Below, one piece after another: positions 1 through 10,048 of a DNA stretch of 64,000 nucleotides. The stretch is from assembly GCA_039815185.1 (NCBI GenBank), contig JBCBZT010000013.1, forward strand, positions 1 to 64,000, written 5' to 3'. This DNA comes from Cyanobacteria bacterium P01_A01_bin.123 (lineage in GTDB: Bacteria > Cyanobacteriota > Cyanobacteriia > Phormidesmidales > Phormidesmidaceae). How positions within the stretch are numbered: the stretch's first letter is position 1; each line of letters opens with the position of its first letter. The notes below the pieces were generated by a model. That model did no database searches and had not been told where the DNA came from. It saw only the letters and a program-made list of their open reading frames with translations. Position numbers and translations under genes: made by a program.

Positions 1-992
1 AAACCTAAATTAGCCATTACCGTAGACACAATAGTGTTATTCGGCAATTGGGCCAACTGACTCAGGGTCTTGCCCCAAAAATACAAAATATAGTCACCAT
101 CGACTACTCGCCCCTGGGCATCGACCGCAATCACCCGATCCGCGTCCCCATCAAAGGCAAAGCCAATATCTGCCTGATGATCGCGCACGGCTGCTTTAAG
201 AATACCGAGGTGAGTTGAGCCACAGTTAACATTGATGCGATCGCCATCCGGTAGGCCATTTAATCCAATTACCTCAGCACCAGTGGCCTCAAATACGGGC
301 TGGGCTAAACGCGTCGCGGCCCCCCAAGCCATATCCAAAACAATCCGCATGCCCGATAGGTCTAAGGTGGGTTGCAGAGACTGATACAAGAAATTGATGT
401 ATTGATCGACTAATTCAGGCCGATGGTGAACTGGCCCCCAAGTCATGCTGGGCTGGGTCAGGGCAACTCGGTTAGGGCCGTGACGCAGCGCCTGTTCAAT
501 TTGCTGCTGAATCGCGTTAGCCAACTTTGTCCCGTCATGGCCAAAAAACTTGATGCCGTTATCTTCTGGCGGATTGTGGCTAGCAGAAATCATAATGCCG
601 CCAGTACAGTGGCAGTGCTCTGTGAGGAAAGCCACACCAGGGGTAGTACAAAGCCCAACATTCCAAACTTCAAGGCCAGCCGAGGTCAACCCACTGGTCA
701 ACGCCGCTGCTAACATGAAACCAGAGTTACGCGAATCTTGGCCCAAAATAACTGGGCCTGTGGTTTGAGTCTGGGCTTGCATCACCTGCCCTGCCCAAAA
801 TCCAATTTGTGTTGCCAAGGGGGCAGTTAACAACTCCCCTGCCTTACCTCGAATGCCGTCGGTGCCAAACAATGGGGTTGTCGGTAAGGATAGACGGTTC
901 CATCCCATCCCCATGGGCTCAGACAATTGAGTCTTGGCAGCAGTTCGGTTTAACCGTTGGGCGCTCTCCACCCCAACACAGGATGTCACCAT
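1..992 (-). CDS. glmM: Phosphoglucosamine mutase (3' end runs off the window)
   Basis: Manual translation from ATG at 992: MVTSCVG...[12 protein letters not shown]...GQDSRNSG...[17 protein letters not shown] (phospho-Ser motif SASHNP)...FAFDGDADR. Not in the ORF track because the stop lies outside the window. Confidence 0.93.
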   Translation of the reverse strand, partial: MVTSCVGVESAQRLNRTAAKTQLSEPMGMGWNRLSLPTTPLFGTDGIRGKAGELLTAPLATQIGFWAGQVMQAQTQTTGPVILGQDSRNSGFMLAAALTSGLTSAGLEVWNVGLCTTPGVAFLTEHCHCTGGIMISASHNPPEDNGIKFFGHDGTKLANAIQQQIEQALRHGPNRVALTQPSMTWGPVHHRPELVDQYINFLYQSLQPTLDLSGMRIVLDMAWGAATRLAQPVFEATGAEVIGLNGLPDGDRINVNCGSTHLGILKAAVRDHQADIGFAFDGDADRVIAVDAQGRVVDGDYILYFWGKTLSQLAQLPNNTIVSTVMANLG

Positions 993-1088
993 AGTAAAAC
1001 TCACTCCAAACACACTCACACACAGTGGAGGATAACACCTCTCCATTAAGATTTATTTGAGATTTTGTGCCAGTTACTCCCACAGCAC

Positions 1089-1538
1089 ATGGCTAATCCT
1101 CCTTTGGAAACTTCAGAATCATCTTTGCCAGACGCTTTTTGGCAAGGCATAGGCCAATTTAACCAGGGCGATTTCTATGCCTGTCACGACACCTTAGAAG
1201 CGATTTGGATGGAAGCAAAAACCCCGATCAAACCGTTTTATCAGGGCATCTTACAAATAGCAGTCGCGTTTTATCACCTCGGTAATCATAATTGGCAGGG
1301 TGCTGCCATCCTCTTGGGAGAAGGGATGGGGCGGCTTTATCCATTTGAGCCGACTTATCAGGCCGTGGATGTCGAAAACCTAATCGATCAGGGCGAAAGC
1401 TGGCTAAGGATGTTACAAAACGTTGGTAGTGAGGGGGTAACTCCTTTAGCGATCGCGATCGAATCTGCCGATATTACCCCAGTTCACCAACAGATTGACA
1501 AAACAATTGAACTCCCCCACATTCGTAGGACAGATTGA
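1089..1538 (+). CDS. DUF309 family protein
   Basis: FNQGDFYACHDTLEAIW...YQGILQIAVAFYH pattern; ATG at 1089 chosen as start. Confidence 0.85.
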   Translation: MANPPLETSESSLPDAFWQGIGQFNQGDFYACHDTLEAIWMEAKTPIKPFYQGILQIAVAFYHLGNHNWQGAAILLGEGMGRLYPFEPTYQAVDVENLIDQGESWLRMLQNVGSEGVTPLAIAIESADITPVHQQIDKTIELPHIRRTD

Positions 1539-1567
1539 TCTTTCGTCCTTGCAGCCCGCTACACCGT

Positions 1568-2059
1568 TTACTCTGTGGCTTCAGCTTCAATGGGACGCGT
1601 ATTGCCCGCCTTAACCCATCCTTCCTGACCGCTGCTCAAGAGCCTTACATTCAGCCAGGTCTCTTCGTTGTTTTGTCCCAGCACAATGATGGTTTCATTG
1701 TGCTCTACCCCTCCTAGCTGCTGATATTCTCGACCCGGGCCTTCCCTCAGGACTAACCCAATCGGCTGAACTACCGTTGCTTTATAGGTGCCTGGTTCTA
1801 GCGGTTCTTCTGGCAGCTCCTCGGGGGGCTCGGTGGGTGTGGCGACAACGCTTGGAGTAGAGGCAGACGGGTCAACCGGCTCTTCTTCAGCCGCCACTTC
1901 AACCGCAGTTGTCTCGCTTTCATATATCGGTCTCTCTGGCAGCACAGACAGCTTGGCCATAAAGTAGCGAGCCGTGGCTACTCCCGCTAGGGATAAGACC
2001 CCCATTGCCAAGGTAACCCCAAAGATCACCTTCAATAAGCTCAAGAACAACTTTGCCAT
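1568..2059 (-). CDS. Membrane-anchored bacterial SH3 (SH3b) domain protein
   Basis: N-terminal TM helix, Pro/Glu-rich linker, C-terminal GLVLREGPG...W...QEGWVKAGN; conserved neighbour of ycf46. Confidence 0.8.
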   Translation of the reverse strand: MAKLFLSLLKVIFGVTLAMGVLSLAGVATARYFMAKLSVLPERPIYESETTAVEVAAEEEPVDPSASTPSVVATPTEPPEELPEEPLEPGTYKATVVQPIGLVLREGPGREYQQLGGVEHNETIIVLGQNNEETWLNVRLLSSGQEGWVKAGNTRPIEAEATE

Positions 2060-2137
2060 CTCAATGCCATCTCAACGCCTGGGTTAGGTAGAATTACACC
2101 CTCTGCAGCCCTGTTATAGCACGGTTTTTTGCCAGGG

Positions 2138-3661
2138 TTACTCGGGGGGATCAATTTGGCGCTGAAAACGGCTGCTCAGGGGAGTTTGGCGCGAGGCCAA
2201 TCGGGCTTTGCCAGCGGCAGCCCAAGCTTGGAGTGCTTCAATTTGGGTCTGGGCTGTACGGGCTAAGGGCACCATCTGACTAACCGCTTCCAAAATATCA
2301 TCGGTTGTAAAGTCGCGGTTTTGGCTAAAGCCTAAATGCATCGCTTCAATGATTGCCTGTTCAATTTCTGCTCCGGAAAATTCAGGGGTTTCATAGGCTA
2401 GCCGCGCCAAATCATAGTTCTGGAGACTGTGGGGTCTGAGGCGAGACAGGTGTACCGCAAAAATCGCTTGCCGCTCAGATTGGGACGGTAACCCGACAAA
2501 AAAGATTTCATCAAACCGACCCCGACGCAGCATCTCCGGCGGTAGCGATTGGATATTGTTGGCGGTAGCAACGACAAACACTGCCGAGGTTTTCTCGGCA
2601 AGCCAGGTAATAAAGGTGCCAAATACGCGATTGGCAGTACCGCTATCCCCTCGCCCATCTAGGCCACTGAAGGCTTTGTCGATTTCGTCAATCCACAACA
2701 CACAGGGGGCCAAGGCTTCGGAGAGTTGAATCATCTGCCGAGTACGCGACTCTGATTCGCCAACCAGTCCCGCAAATAGTCGCCCCACATCCAGACGTAG
2801 GAGCGGCAGGTGCCAGTGGTGGGCGATCGCTTTTGCACTCAGAGACTTGCCTGTCCCCTGAATCCCAGCCAGCAGTAGCCCTCTAGGATGGGGCAGACCA
2901 TACTGTCGGGCTTTTTCTGAAAACGCGCCGCCCCGCTTAACCAACCAGTCTTTTAGGTTATCTAAGCCGCCAATATCAGAAATCCGTTCAGTGGCAGGGT
3001 AAAAATCCAAAATCTGAGTTTGGCGAATGGTTTGCCGCTTTTCTGCCAAAATCAAATCAATATCTTCGGGTTGAAACGAGCCGTGGGCCGCGATTCCCCG
3101 AGCCAAAACGCGGCGAATACGGGCAATGGACAACCCCTGACAAGAACGAACCAAATCGTCCATCACGCGGGGTGGCAGGGTTGTGCCGGTAGCTCCCAGC
3201 AAGCGAGAAACTTCTGCTTGAATGTCATCTATCTGGGGTAGGGGAAACTCTAAAACCGTAATCGCTTCCCTCAGATCGTCTGGGATGGTGAGCTGTGCCG
3301 ACAGGATGACGATATTCTTCGGCTGCGCCTTCAACAGGTGAGATAGGTTCCGTAATTTGCGAGAGATGGCAATATCGTCTAAAAATCGATGAAAGTCCCG
3401 CAGAATAAACACTGCTGGACTAGCCGCAGGCAGTTTTTCCACAAACTCTAACGCCTGCAACGGATTCCGGCGACCAAATCCCGCATCGTTCAGATTGCCT
3501 TGATAGCCATCGACAAAGTCCCAGGTGTAGACATTACGGTTTCCTTGATGTCCAGCACAGGCCGCGATCGCCCCTTCCGCCCGCTCCTCTTCTTGAGTAG
3601 GAATGTAGAGCAGGACATATCGTGCCCGCAGCAATAAACTCAGTTCATCCTGAAAACCCAT
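2138..3661 (-). CDS. ycf46: Ycf46-family AAA ATPase
   Basis: Walker A GIQGTGKS, Walker B LWIDEIDK, SRH LRRGRFDEIF; N-terminal WDFVDG typical of Ycf46. Confidence 0.88.
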   Translation of the reverse strand: MGFQDELSLLLRARYVLLYIPTQEEERAEGAIAACAGHQGNRNVYTWDFVDGYQGNLNDAGFGRRNPLQALEFVEKLPAASPAVFILRDFHRFLDDIAISRKLRNLSHLLKAQPKNIVILSAQLTIPDDLREAITVLEFPLPQIDDIQAEVSRLLGATGTTLPPRVMDDLVRSCQGLSIARIRRVLARGIAAHGSFQPEDIDLILAEKRQTIRQTQILDFYPATERISDIGGLDNLKDWLVKRGGAFSEKARQYGLPHPRGLLLAGIQGTGKSLSAKAIAHHWHLPLLRLDVGRLFAGLVGESESRTRQMIQLSEALAPCVLWIDEIDKAFSGLDGRGDSGTANRVFGTFITWLAEKTSAVFVVATANNIQSLPPEMLRRGRFDEIFFVGLPSQSERQAIFAVHLSRLRPHSLQNYDLARLAYETPEFSGAEIEQAIIEAMHLGFSQNRDFTTDDILEAVSQMVPLARTAQTQIEALQAWAAAGKARLASRQTPLSSRFQRQIDPPE

Positions 3662-3670
3662 AACACCGCA

Positions 3671-4180
3671 CTACTCTGATAGTTGTTGTTTCAACGCTGC
3701 CAAAGCCGCCCAGCGGTGATCGACTGCAGTGGAGGACGTTTCTGGTGTTTCTTCAATGGGGATACCGACACAGCTTGAGTCACACAGTTGTCGCTGGGGA
3801 ATATTCAAACAAAGTTGCTCGTAAAGCCAATCTGAGGGATGGAAATATCCCGTCGGAGGTAGTGTTTCAACCAAGTCTTCCAAGGCAACTTCTTGCTCTA
3901 ACAGTGGCGTTGCATCCGATAAGGAGGGCTCCTGGAGCCAAATCAGTTCAGTTGCTTTGACGTCGAGTCGGTGGTTGTAGTTGTTTAAGCACCGGCAGCA
4001 CGTCAAGGTGACAATCGTTTCAGCTTGGGCGAAAACTTCTAGGTAATTATTTTGATGCTTGACCCAAAAATCGCCCTTGACTGGCATTAAGGTTTCTAGC
4101 TTAGGAACGTATTCTCGAAAGGTAAACCTTTGAGTCTGGTCGGGAAATTTCGCCAACTGCGGAATATAGATGGGTTCCAT
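3671..4180 (-). CDS. yceD: YceD/DUF177 family metal-binding protein
   Basis: CCRCL motif, LCLNIPQRQLC..C, and C-terminal DHRWAALAAL. Confidence 0.85.
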   Translation of the reverse strand: MEPIYIPQLAKFPDQTQRFTFREYVPKLETLMPVKGDFWVKHQNNYLEVFAQAETIVTLTCCRCLNNYNHRLDVKATELIWLQEPSLSDATPLLEQEVALEDLVETLPPTGYFHPSDWLYEQLCLNIPQRQLCDSSCVGIPIEETPETSSTAVDHRWAALAALKQQLSE

Positions 4181-4291
4181 AGCGCTTCCTCAACTCTGAC
4201 AAGACAAGCATCTCAACCGAGATTGTGGTTGAGATCTTGATAAACATAACCTCTACTCTGGATGCGACCCAGCATTCCTCGTCGGACTAAG

Positions 4292-4789
4292 CTATTCTGT
4301 GACCTCCACTAAGCGCACGACTAAACGACGATCCGGTTCTTTGCCCCGACTAAAGGTTTCTAAGCCTTCATAATCGGTCAAAAAGTTATGCACTTGTCGT
4401 CGTTCCGCCGATGACAGTGAGGCAATTTCATACTCCTGCTGAGTTTCTTTGACGGCTTCGGCTGCCTTCGATGCGATCGCTTTGAGTTCGTTTTGGCGAC
4501 GTGCTCGATACCCCGCCAACTCAACAGTGTAGGCCTGCTGTTCTTCCCGAGACAAGCCCAGATTCAAAACTGTATTCGCCAAATATTGAATCGAATCTAA
4601 AACAGCCCCACGTTCCCCAATCAGTGCTTCAACTTGCCCTTCAGCCAGTTTGGTTTCGTCAATTGTTAACCAGCAGCCATCATTGAGATCATCTACCACA
4701 ACCTTAGGGTCAACGCTAACCGTTAACCCCGCAAACCCTAATAGCTCTTGCAACCACTGAGCACCGGTTTGATGTCGCTCATCTGCCAT
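4292..4789 (-). CDS. jag: Jag/KhpB RNA-binding protein (KH + R3H)
   Basis: LIGERGAVLDSIQYL (KH) and ERRQVH (R3H); follows yidC. Confidence 0.88.
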   Translation of the reverse strand: MADERHQTGAQWLQELLGFAGLTVSVDPKVVVDDLNDGCWLTIDETKLAEGQVEALIGERGAVLDSIQYLANTVLNLGLSREEQQAYTVELAGYRARRQNELKAIASKAAEAVKETQQEYEIASLSSAERRQVHNFLTDYEGLETFSRGKEPDRRLVVRLVEVTE

Positions 4790-4791
4790 AG

Positions 4792-5955
4792 TTAACTTTG
4801 CGCCTTTTTCTTAGAACGTTTGGGTTCAAAGGGTAAAGCTTGACGACCCTGGTCACTGCTGCTGTCTTTATCTTTAGTCGTCGTCTCTGCATCAACAATT
4901 TTTTGCAAATTCTCAGGTAAAGGTTCTCTTGACAAGATAAAGGTTTGCAAGGTCTGAAACATATTGGCAATGACCATGTACATTAAGACTCCGGCTGGTA
5001 ACGGAAAGAACAAGAACATGCCTGAAAAGATCAACGGCGTAAACTTGTTAATCGCGTTTTGCTGAGGATTGTCAGAACTGCTTTGCTGCCCTGATAAGAC
5101 TTGGTTGAGATACAAGCTGATGCCAAAAAACAGCACCATGCCTAAAATATCCCAGTGGATTGCGCCATCATCGCCAGTCACACCAACCCGTCCCAAAGCT
5201 TTGATAAACAAAAAGCCTCGATTCGCGGCTAAACCTGGGACTTTAACCTGGACTGTTGCCTCACCAGGGTTGAGGGCAATGATATTGCCCTGATCATCAA
5301 TAGAAATATTTTCTTGCCCCTTGGTTATCTCCCAGCGAGTTGAAACCTCGTCACTATCGCCATACTCGGCAACCAGCGCTTCTAAGGACTCTCCATCAGT
5401 TGCTTGCAGACGGATACGGGTTTTTTCTCCCTCTACAAGACGGTTGCCACCCGGCATCACGGCAGCAATCTTGTAATGGTTGCCTTCTGCAACATAAATG
5501 TTTTGAGGGGAGGTCGAAAATACCTGGGGCTGAACTTGCTCAATCTTTTCTTGAGGAAAGATTTGCAAATTGACGGAGTAGTTAATGTCGGAAAACGGTG
5601 ACCCCCGCAAAGTCGCAAACAGGGCAAAGAGAATAGGCATCTGCAGCAACACAGGGAAGCACCCAGCCAGGGGGTTGCCAAACTCTTTGTAAACCTGTCC
5701 CATTTCTTCCTGCAGCTTGGCAGGGTTATCTTTGTGGCGTTCTTGAATTTCCTTAACGCGCTTCTGCATTAAGGGATTGGCAATTTTCATCCGCCGCATA
5801 TTGCGAATCGAACCCGCATTCAGCGGATAGAGCGCAAACCGAATGACCAAAGTCAACGCCACAATTGCTAAACCATAGCTAGGCGCAATCCCGTAAAAGA
5901 AATCCAGGATTGGCAGCATGATGTTATTGGAAAGAAATCCGATACCAAAATCCAT
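4792..5955 (-). CDS. yidC: Membrane protein insertase YidC
   Basis: [35 protein letters not shown] motifs. Confidence 0.95.
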   Translation of the reverse strand: MDFGIGFLSNNIMLPILDFFYGIAPSYGLAIVALTLVIRFALYPLNAGSIRNMRRMKIANPLMQKRVKEIQERHKDNPAKLQEEMGQVYKEFGNPLAGCFPVLLQMPILFALFATLRGSPFSDINYSVNLQIFPQEKIEQVQPQVFSTSPQNIYVAEGNHYKIAAVMPGGNRLVEGEKTRIRLQATDGESLEALVAEYGDSDEVSTRWEITKGQENISIDDQGNIIALNPGEATVQVKVPGLAANRGFLFIKALGRVGVTGDDGAIHWDILGMVLFFGISLYLNQVLSGQQSSSDNPQQNAINKFTPLIFSGMFLFFPLPAGVLMYMVIANMFQTLQTFILSREPLPENLQKIVDAETTTKDKDSSSDQGRQALPFEPKRSKKKAQS

Positions 5956-6113
5956 GCGCTCTAAATCTCGAAGGTACCCAAGCTCTAAGTTTGCTGTTTA
6001 GACTCTACTACTGTATCTGAAAATATTCGCCAATTTGCAGCCTGACAGTCTTATCCTAGCCGAAGCCAAGGACTGAACAGAGCAGATATCACCCAGTTTG
6101 CAGGAGTACCCCT

Positions 6114-6509
6114 TTAGCTGACCCCAGCAGAACCACTCTCAACGCGAGCCTTTGGCGAGATACGCTCATTGATGTAGTCATAAACTTCGCGGAAGTTGGG
6201 GACAGCCCTAAGCTCCAGACGACTTCCATCTTTGAGCGTAACGACCATATCTCCCCAAGCCCCCAAGCCTCTAGGCACGGTGACGATTTTGGACACTTCA
6301 GCGTAGATCAAATCGGTGCGATCGCGCCCCATCCAGCCCCCTGTCACCGAAATCCGGCGGGTGGTAATGCGGTAACGCAACCACAGGGCGCGGACGATGG
6401 CCCCAACAGAAAGGGGAAGACAAATAACGGTGAATCCCAGAAGCACATTGATAATTAAGTCGCCAATATGGGGGCCACCTTCATAGAGAACATCTTCTTT
6501 AATGCCCAT
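6114..6509 (-). CDS. Bacterial PH domain membrane protein
   Basis: Conserved cyanobacterial gene between rnpA and yidC; YEGGPHIGDL...RYRIT.RRISV. Confidence 0.8.
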   Translation of the reverse strand: MGIKEDVLYEGGPHIGDLIINVLLGFTVICLPLSVGAIVRALWLRYRITTRRISVTGGWMGRDRTDLIYAEVSKIVTVPRGLGAWGDMVVTLKDGSRLELRAVPNFREVYDYINERISPKARVESGSAGVS

Positions 6510-6888
6510 CGATTACCTCAAGTTTTATTAATATCTGTTCTAATTCTCGCAAAAGTTGCCCATATTCGCACTCAACTGCCGTGGGACGCAACCCCACAAC
6601 CAGCCACCAGCCTCGATTTATCCGAGGAATTAACTGATAAAATGCTGCGCGGATTTGACGTTTTATCCGGTTACGCACTACGGCTCGCTTGCTGACTTTT
6701 TGGCTAACGGAAATGCCAAGGCGGGTTTCGGGTAAAGCAACTGCTTCACCCCCACTCGCTTGATCCTGGGGCTGGCTTATCCGTAGGGCGCGAACAACGA
6801 AGTGCTTTGTCCCTGATTGTTTACCGTTACGGTACACCGCCGTAAAGTCTTGGCGACGCCTTAAACGGTAAACCTTGGGCAAAGCCAT
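6499..6888 (-). CDS. rnpA: Ribonuclease P protein component
   Basis: RLGISVSQKVSKRAVVRNRIKR (RNR motif). Confidence 0.95.
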   Translation of the reverse strand: MALPKVYRLRRRQDFTAVYRNGKQSGTKHFVVRALRISQPQDQASGGEAVALPETRLGISVSQKVSKRAVVRNRIKRQIRAAFYQLIPRINRGWWLVVGLRPTAVECEYGQLLRELEQILIKLEVIDGH

Positions 6889-6933
6889 GGATGGTTGCTC
6901 CCCAACATGACAACAAATTCACCACAAAAACAA

Positions 6934-6961
6934 ATCGCTAAGGGGATGGCCCCTTAGCGAT
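6934..6961 (-). terminator. Hairpin between rpmH and rnpA (terminator or attenuator)
   Basis: ATCGCTAAGGGG-atgg-CCCCTTAGCGAT, a perfect 12-bp stem followed by a T-rich tract on the minus strand. Confidence 0.7.
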
Positions 6962-7004
6962 GGCAGCAGTCCTGCGGAGAGTATCCCTCCATAGTCTGTC
7001 AGAG

Positions 7005-7142
7005 CTAAACGGATAGCCTTGATCTACCGCGACGGCGGCGAGCCTTGATCACGTTTTGCCCAGTATGGCTACGCATTCTGGCTCTAAAACCAGAGGTACG
7101 CTTTTGCTTGCGAACGGTGCCGCCAAGGGGACGCTTAGTCAT
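7005..7142 (-). CDS. rpmH: 50S ribosomal protein L34
   Basis: Manual translation [45 protein letters not shown] (45 aa, below the ORF-track cutoff); directly upstream of rnpA. Confidence 0.96.
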   Translation of the reverse strand: MTKRPLGGTVRKQKRTSGFRARMRSHTGQNVIKARRRRGRSRLSV

Positions 7143-7257
7143 GCAATTGTACTCCTGAGCAGTCGCTTATGGCCTAAAAAAAGCCACGGTTACTAAGCAT
7201 AGCATCTTAGTGCCTTACTCTGTCCAAACTTCAAGCCCTAAGTGTCCCTGATACAGT

Positions 7258-7836
7258 CTAATCATCTGCCGAGATTTCAAGGGGCCAAGTGCCCACCGTC
7301 CGACGTAGGGGCTCTCCTTGGTATAGCACCTTTAAGTTGAAAAGATTTTGTTGGTAGCGAGAGGGATTGTAGACATCGTTCAGCATGATAGTGAAGTCTG
7401 TCGCGGCGGGAATAGGCTCAGTGGGATATATCTCGATACGGCTGCCGTCTTCGTCCCAAATAACGTCGTCAATTTCAACGCGATCGCCGTTTTCTTGGAC
7501 AACTTCAATCTCGTCAATATTGAACCTCCCCCCTCGAAATGGCGAGGTAAAAATGGGGTTGTAGTTGACTTCGATTTCAATAATGGCACCAATAATGCGA
7601 TCGCCGGGCACTTCTAATTGATAAACGGCGTTGCCACTGCGCGGCTCATTGTTGCAGAGCCGATAGGGCAGGACTAATTCGGGATCGACACCCCCAAAAA
7701 TGGTAAATCCGCTTCCTCGACATATGGCTTGGGCGGACTCGGGTGCCACAACTGCACTCACACCAACTACGGCAAGGGTGGACACCGCCAAGCCTGCCCA
7801 CACGCGCTTACCAAAAGAAAAAGGCTGAAAACGCAT
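7258..7836 (-). CDS. DUF2808-like exported protein
   Basis: Signal peptide, GFTIFGGV, IEIYPTEPIPA...V.NP; usual neighbour of rpmH in cyanobacteria. Confidence 0.7.
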   Translation of the reverse strand: MRFQPFSFGKRVWAGLAVSTLAVVGVSAVVAPESAQAICRGSGFTIFGGVDPELVLPYRLCNNEPRSGNAVYQLEVPGDRIIGAIIEIEVNYNPIFTSPFRGGRFNIDEIEVVQENGDRVEIDDVIWDEDGSRIEIYPTEPIPAATDFTIMLNDVYNPSRYQQNLFNLKVLYQGEPLRRTVGTWPLEISADD

Positions 7837-8014
7837 CGAAACTCAACTCCTCTCAAAAACGATTAAAACTCCTTTATCTGTAGAGTTTTGTCAATGGTCA
7901 ACCGATCACGAAACGTAAAGGGCGACTCTTTCGACTCTAGCAGGATTCAAAGGCATCATGACTATTGATCACAACTCAATGACGGGAACTAGAGCTGAAA
8001 TGTGCCCTTTCCGG

Positions 8015-8440
8015 TTATCCCTGAAATTTTTGGGTTAAGCGATCAAGCAGGGTTTGCAACGCTTCTGGAACTTGGCGGATAATTTTACCCTTCTGGCGAT
8101 CGACGGGGACTAAGGTGACCAACCCGCTGACACAAAGGGCATCTGGTTCAAGGCTACGAATCTCATAGTGCCAGTTGTAGCGTACCCCTCGAATGGGGGC
8201 CATATAGGTTTTGATCACTGCAGCACTGCCCAAACGCAGCGGTAGGTGGTAACGCAGCGATAGCTCCGCAACTTGCAAATCGGCACCCAAGCTCACCATG
8301 TCAGCAAAAGGGCTCCCCACAGCCTGCAAACAAGCTAAACGGGCTTCTTCCATCCAAGCGATATAGGTGCCATGCCAAGCGATGCCAGCATAGTCGGTAT
8401 GGTGAGGATGCACAACGACTGGATACTCAAACCATTCCAT
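8015..8440 (-). CDS. Acyl-CoA thioesterase (4HBT hot-dog fold)
   Basis: HPHHTDYAGIAWHGTYIAWMEEAR motif; start at ATG 8440 rather than 8662. Confidence 0.88.
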   Translation of the reverse strand: MEWFEYPVVVHPHHTDYAGIAWHGTYIAWMEEARLACLQAVGSPFADMVSLGADLQVAELSLRYHLPLRLGSAAVIKTYMAPIRGVRYNWHYEIRSLEPDALCVSGLVTLVPVDRQKGKIIRQVPEALQTLLDRLTQKFQG

Positions 8441-8696
8441 AAATATTTTCTGAATTAGCCGCAGAGTATAGAATACAAGACTTTTCGGAGGTTCAATAAA
8501 AGGGTATAGGCACAGTTCATTTGCCCCAACCCACTTCAGGCCATTCAGTTGGATCTTTCCAGCCTGGGCGATCGCGGCTGGAATTCTGTCGGATATTGAG
8601 GCCGCGATTGCGTAGAAGGAAACAGGTGAATCAAGATAGACCACAAAGGTAGGTGTGGGCACGATTTAGCATTTGAGGCACTGGCTGGGAACATCA

Positions 8697-9434
8697 ATGA
8701 ATTCTGCAAATTGGCCACAACGCCTTGATAGAGCTTTGAATAAGGGATGTCTGGGGTTATCGGCTCAAGCGATCGCCGCTATCCCCGATGACGGTACTGA
8801 GCGCTGGGAGATTTCAACCCACTTGATTGAGGGGGGGAGACTTGTTCCAGCGCAGCAGTGGATCGACGCAGTATTGGCAAGTGAATCGTTAGCCCAACGG
8901 CTCGATCTGTGCTGCCTCAAGATGCTTTTATCGGCACCTAGGGCAGGGCAGTTTTGGATCAATGCCTCCGTTCATTCACTCGAAGATCCCTGGTTTGCTC
9001 ATCGGGTCGCTCAAGCCATTGACTATAGTGCGTGGATGCCCGGTCAACTCGTCTTTGAGGTAACCGAGCAGGCCCAAACGAGCGCCCAAACATTGGGGAC
9101 GTTAGGGACACTGGCAAGCTTTGGCTGTGGCATCGCGATCGACGACTTTGGGGCAGGCTACAACAGCGCTCAGAAGCTGATCGATTTCCCTGTAACGGGC
9201 TTGAAGCTGAATGGTCAACTCTGCAAAGAAGTGGCACAACCCAAGGCCCGCTACGTGCTTGAGGCTTTCACGGGCATGGGGTTGGAGATGGGATTAGACA
9301 TCGTTGCTGAGTGGGTTGAAACCGAAACGCAGCAACGGCTTCTAACTGCACTTGGAATTCATTTATTCCAGGGCTATCGGTTTGGTCGCCCGGTTCCCTT
9401 AGGCGAACCTCAGGCTCAATGTTTGCAGCCCTGA
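8697..9434 (+). CDS. Stand-alone EAL domain protein (degenerate EAL motif)
   Basis: INAS, FEVTE, AIDDFGAGY, VAEWVET and QGYRFGRP motifs; EALxR replaced by EISTH. Confidence 0.85.
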   Translation: MNSANWPQRLDRALNKGCLGLSAQAIAAIPDDGTERWEISTHLIEGGRLVPAQQWIDAVLASESLAQRLDLCCLKMLLSAPRAGQFWINASVHSLEDPWFAHRVAQAIDYSAWMPGQLVFEVTEQAQTSAQTLGTLGTLASFGCGIAIDDFGAGYNSAQKLIDFPVTGLKLNGQLCKEVAQPKARYVLEAFTGMGLEMGLDIVAEWVETETQQRLLTALGIHLFQGYRFGRPVPLGEPQAQCLQP

Positions 9435-9629
9435 CAATTCTTCTTGTCACATCTTTGCGTGCATATCTTTGGGCAACTCCGCTGCAAAAGCCCGTTAGAT
9501 TTAGTGATTGTCTATGAAATCGTCACTTACACTGGGCACCCTAACCATAAGCTCAAGCATTCCGAGTTATTCTCGATTGCTTGCTAATGTCCAACCGAAA
9601 AATTTCAACCAGGATTGTGGGTGTAGATT

Positions 9630-9794
9630 ATGTTGGGGGTTCTCATAGCAATGGTTTTCTATGGGCTAGGACTCTGGGGTATGGGATGGTTGCTCAGCAT
9701 CAAACCCGATCAACCCTTAGCTTGGCTGTGGAAAGAAACGCCACCCCAGACAAATGAAAACCGAACTAATGACCGTAATTACAGGCGTGGCTAG
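9630..9794 (+). CDS. Putative small membrane protein (54 aa)
   Basis: MLGVLIAMVFYGLGLWGMGWLLSIKPDQPLAWLWKETPPQTNENRTNDRNYRRG; hydrophobic N-terminus, polar tail. Confidence 0.4.
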   Translation: MLGVLIAMVFYGLGLWGMGWLLSIKPDQPLAWLWKETPPQTNENRTNDRNYRRG

Positions 9795-10048
9795 GATCTT
9801 GCCATCGATGGCGAACTGCGCCTTCACTGAGCTTGGCTTACCTTCACCAGCTCCGAAAGCATCCCTACAACGCAATTTGCCAAGATATGTTGCATCGGTA
9901 CTACGAATTATGAATCCATTTCAAGAAGCCTTAAATCCGATGCGTATGATGGATCATGAAACGGCTGAAAAGCTTGCTGAAAGCTGACTTTACAGCATGA
10001 TCAGTTTGCAAACATTTGATTCATTGGGATTAACGATTAGAGGTCACT

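Noticed and set aside
423..994. Plus-strand track ORFs 423..713, 550..768 and 809..994
   Set aside because: Antisense shadows of glmM, which occupies 1..992 on the minus strand.
2055..2079. GCCATCTCAA tandem duplication at the SH3 gene start
   Set aside because: Two short copies only; no evidence of function.
8441..8662. N-terminal extension of the thioesterase ORF (similar extensions on sir, glgX, polA, rlmH and the 52964 ORF)
   Set aside because: Family similarity begins at internal start codons; the extensions are longest-ORF artefacts.
9754..9987. 77-aa track ORF upstream of the USP gene
   Set aside because: No motif or RBS, overlaps the alternative 54-aa ORF, and lies in the probable USP promoter region.
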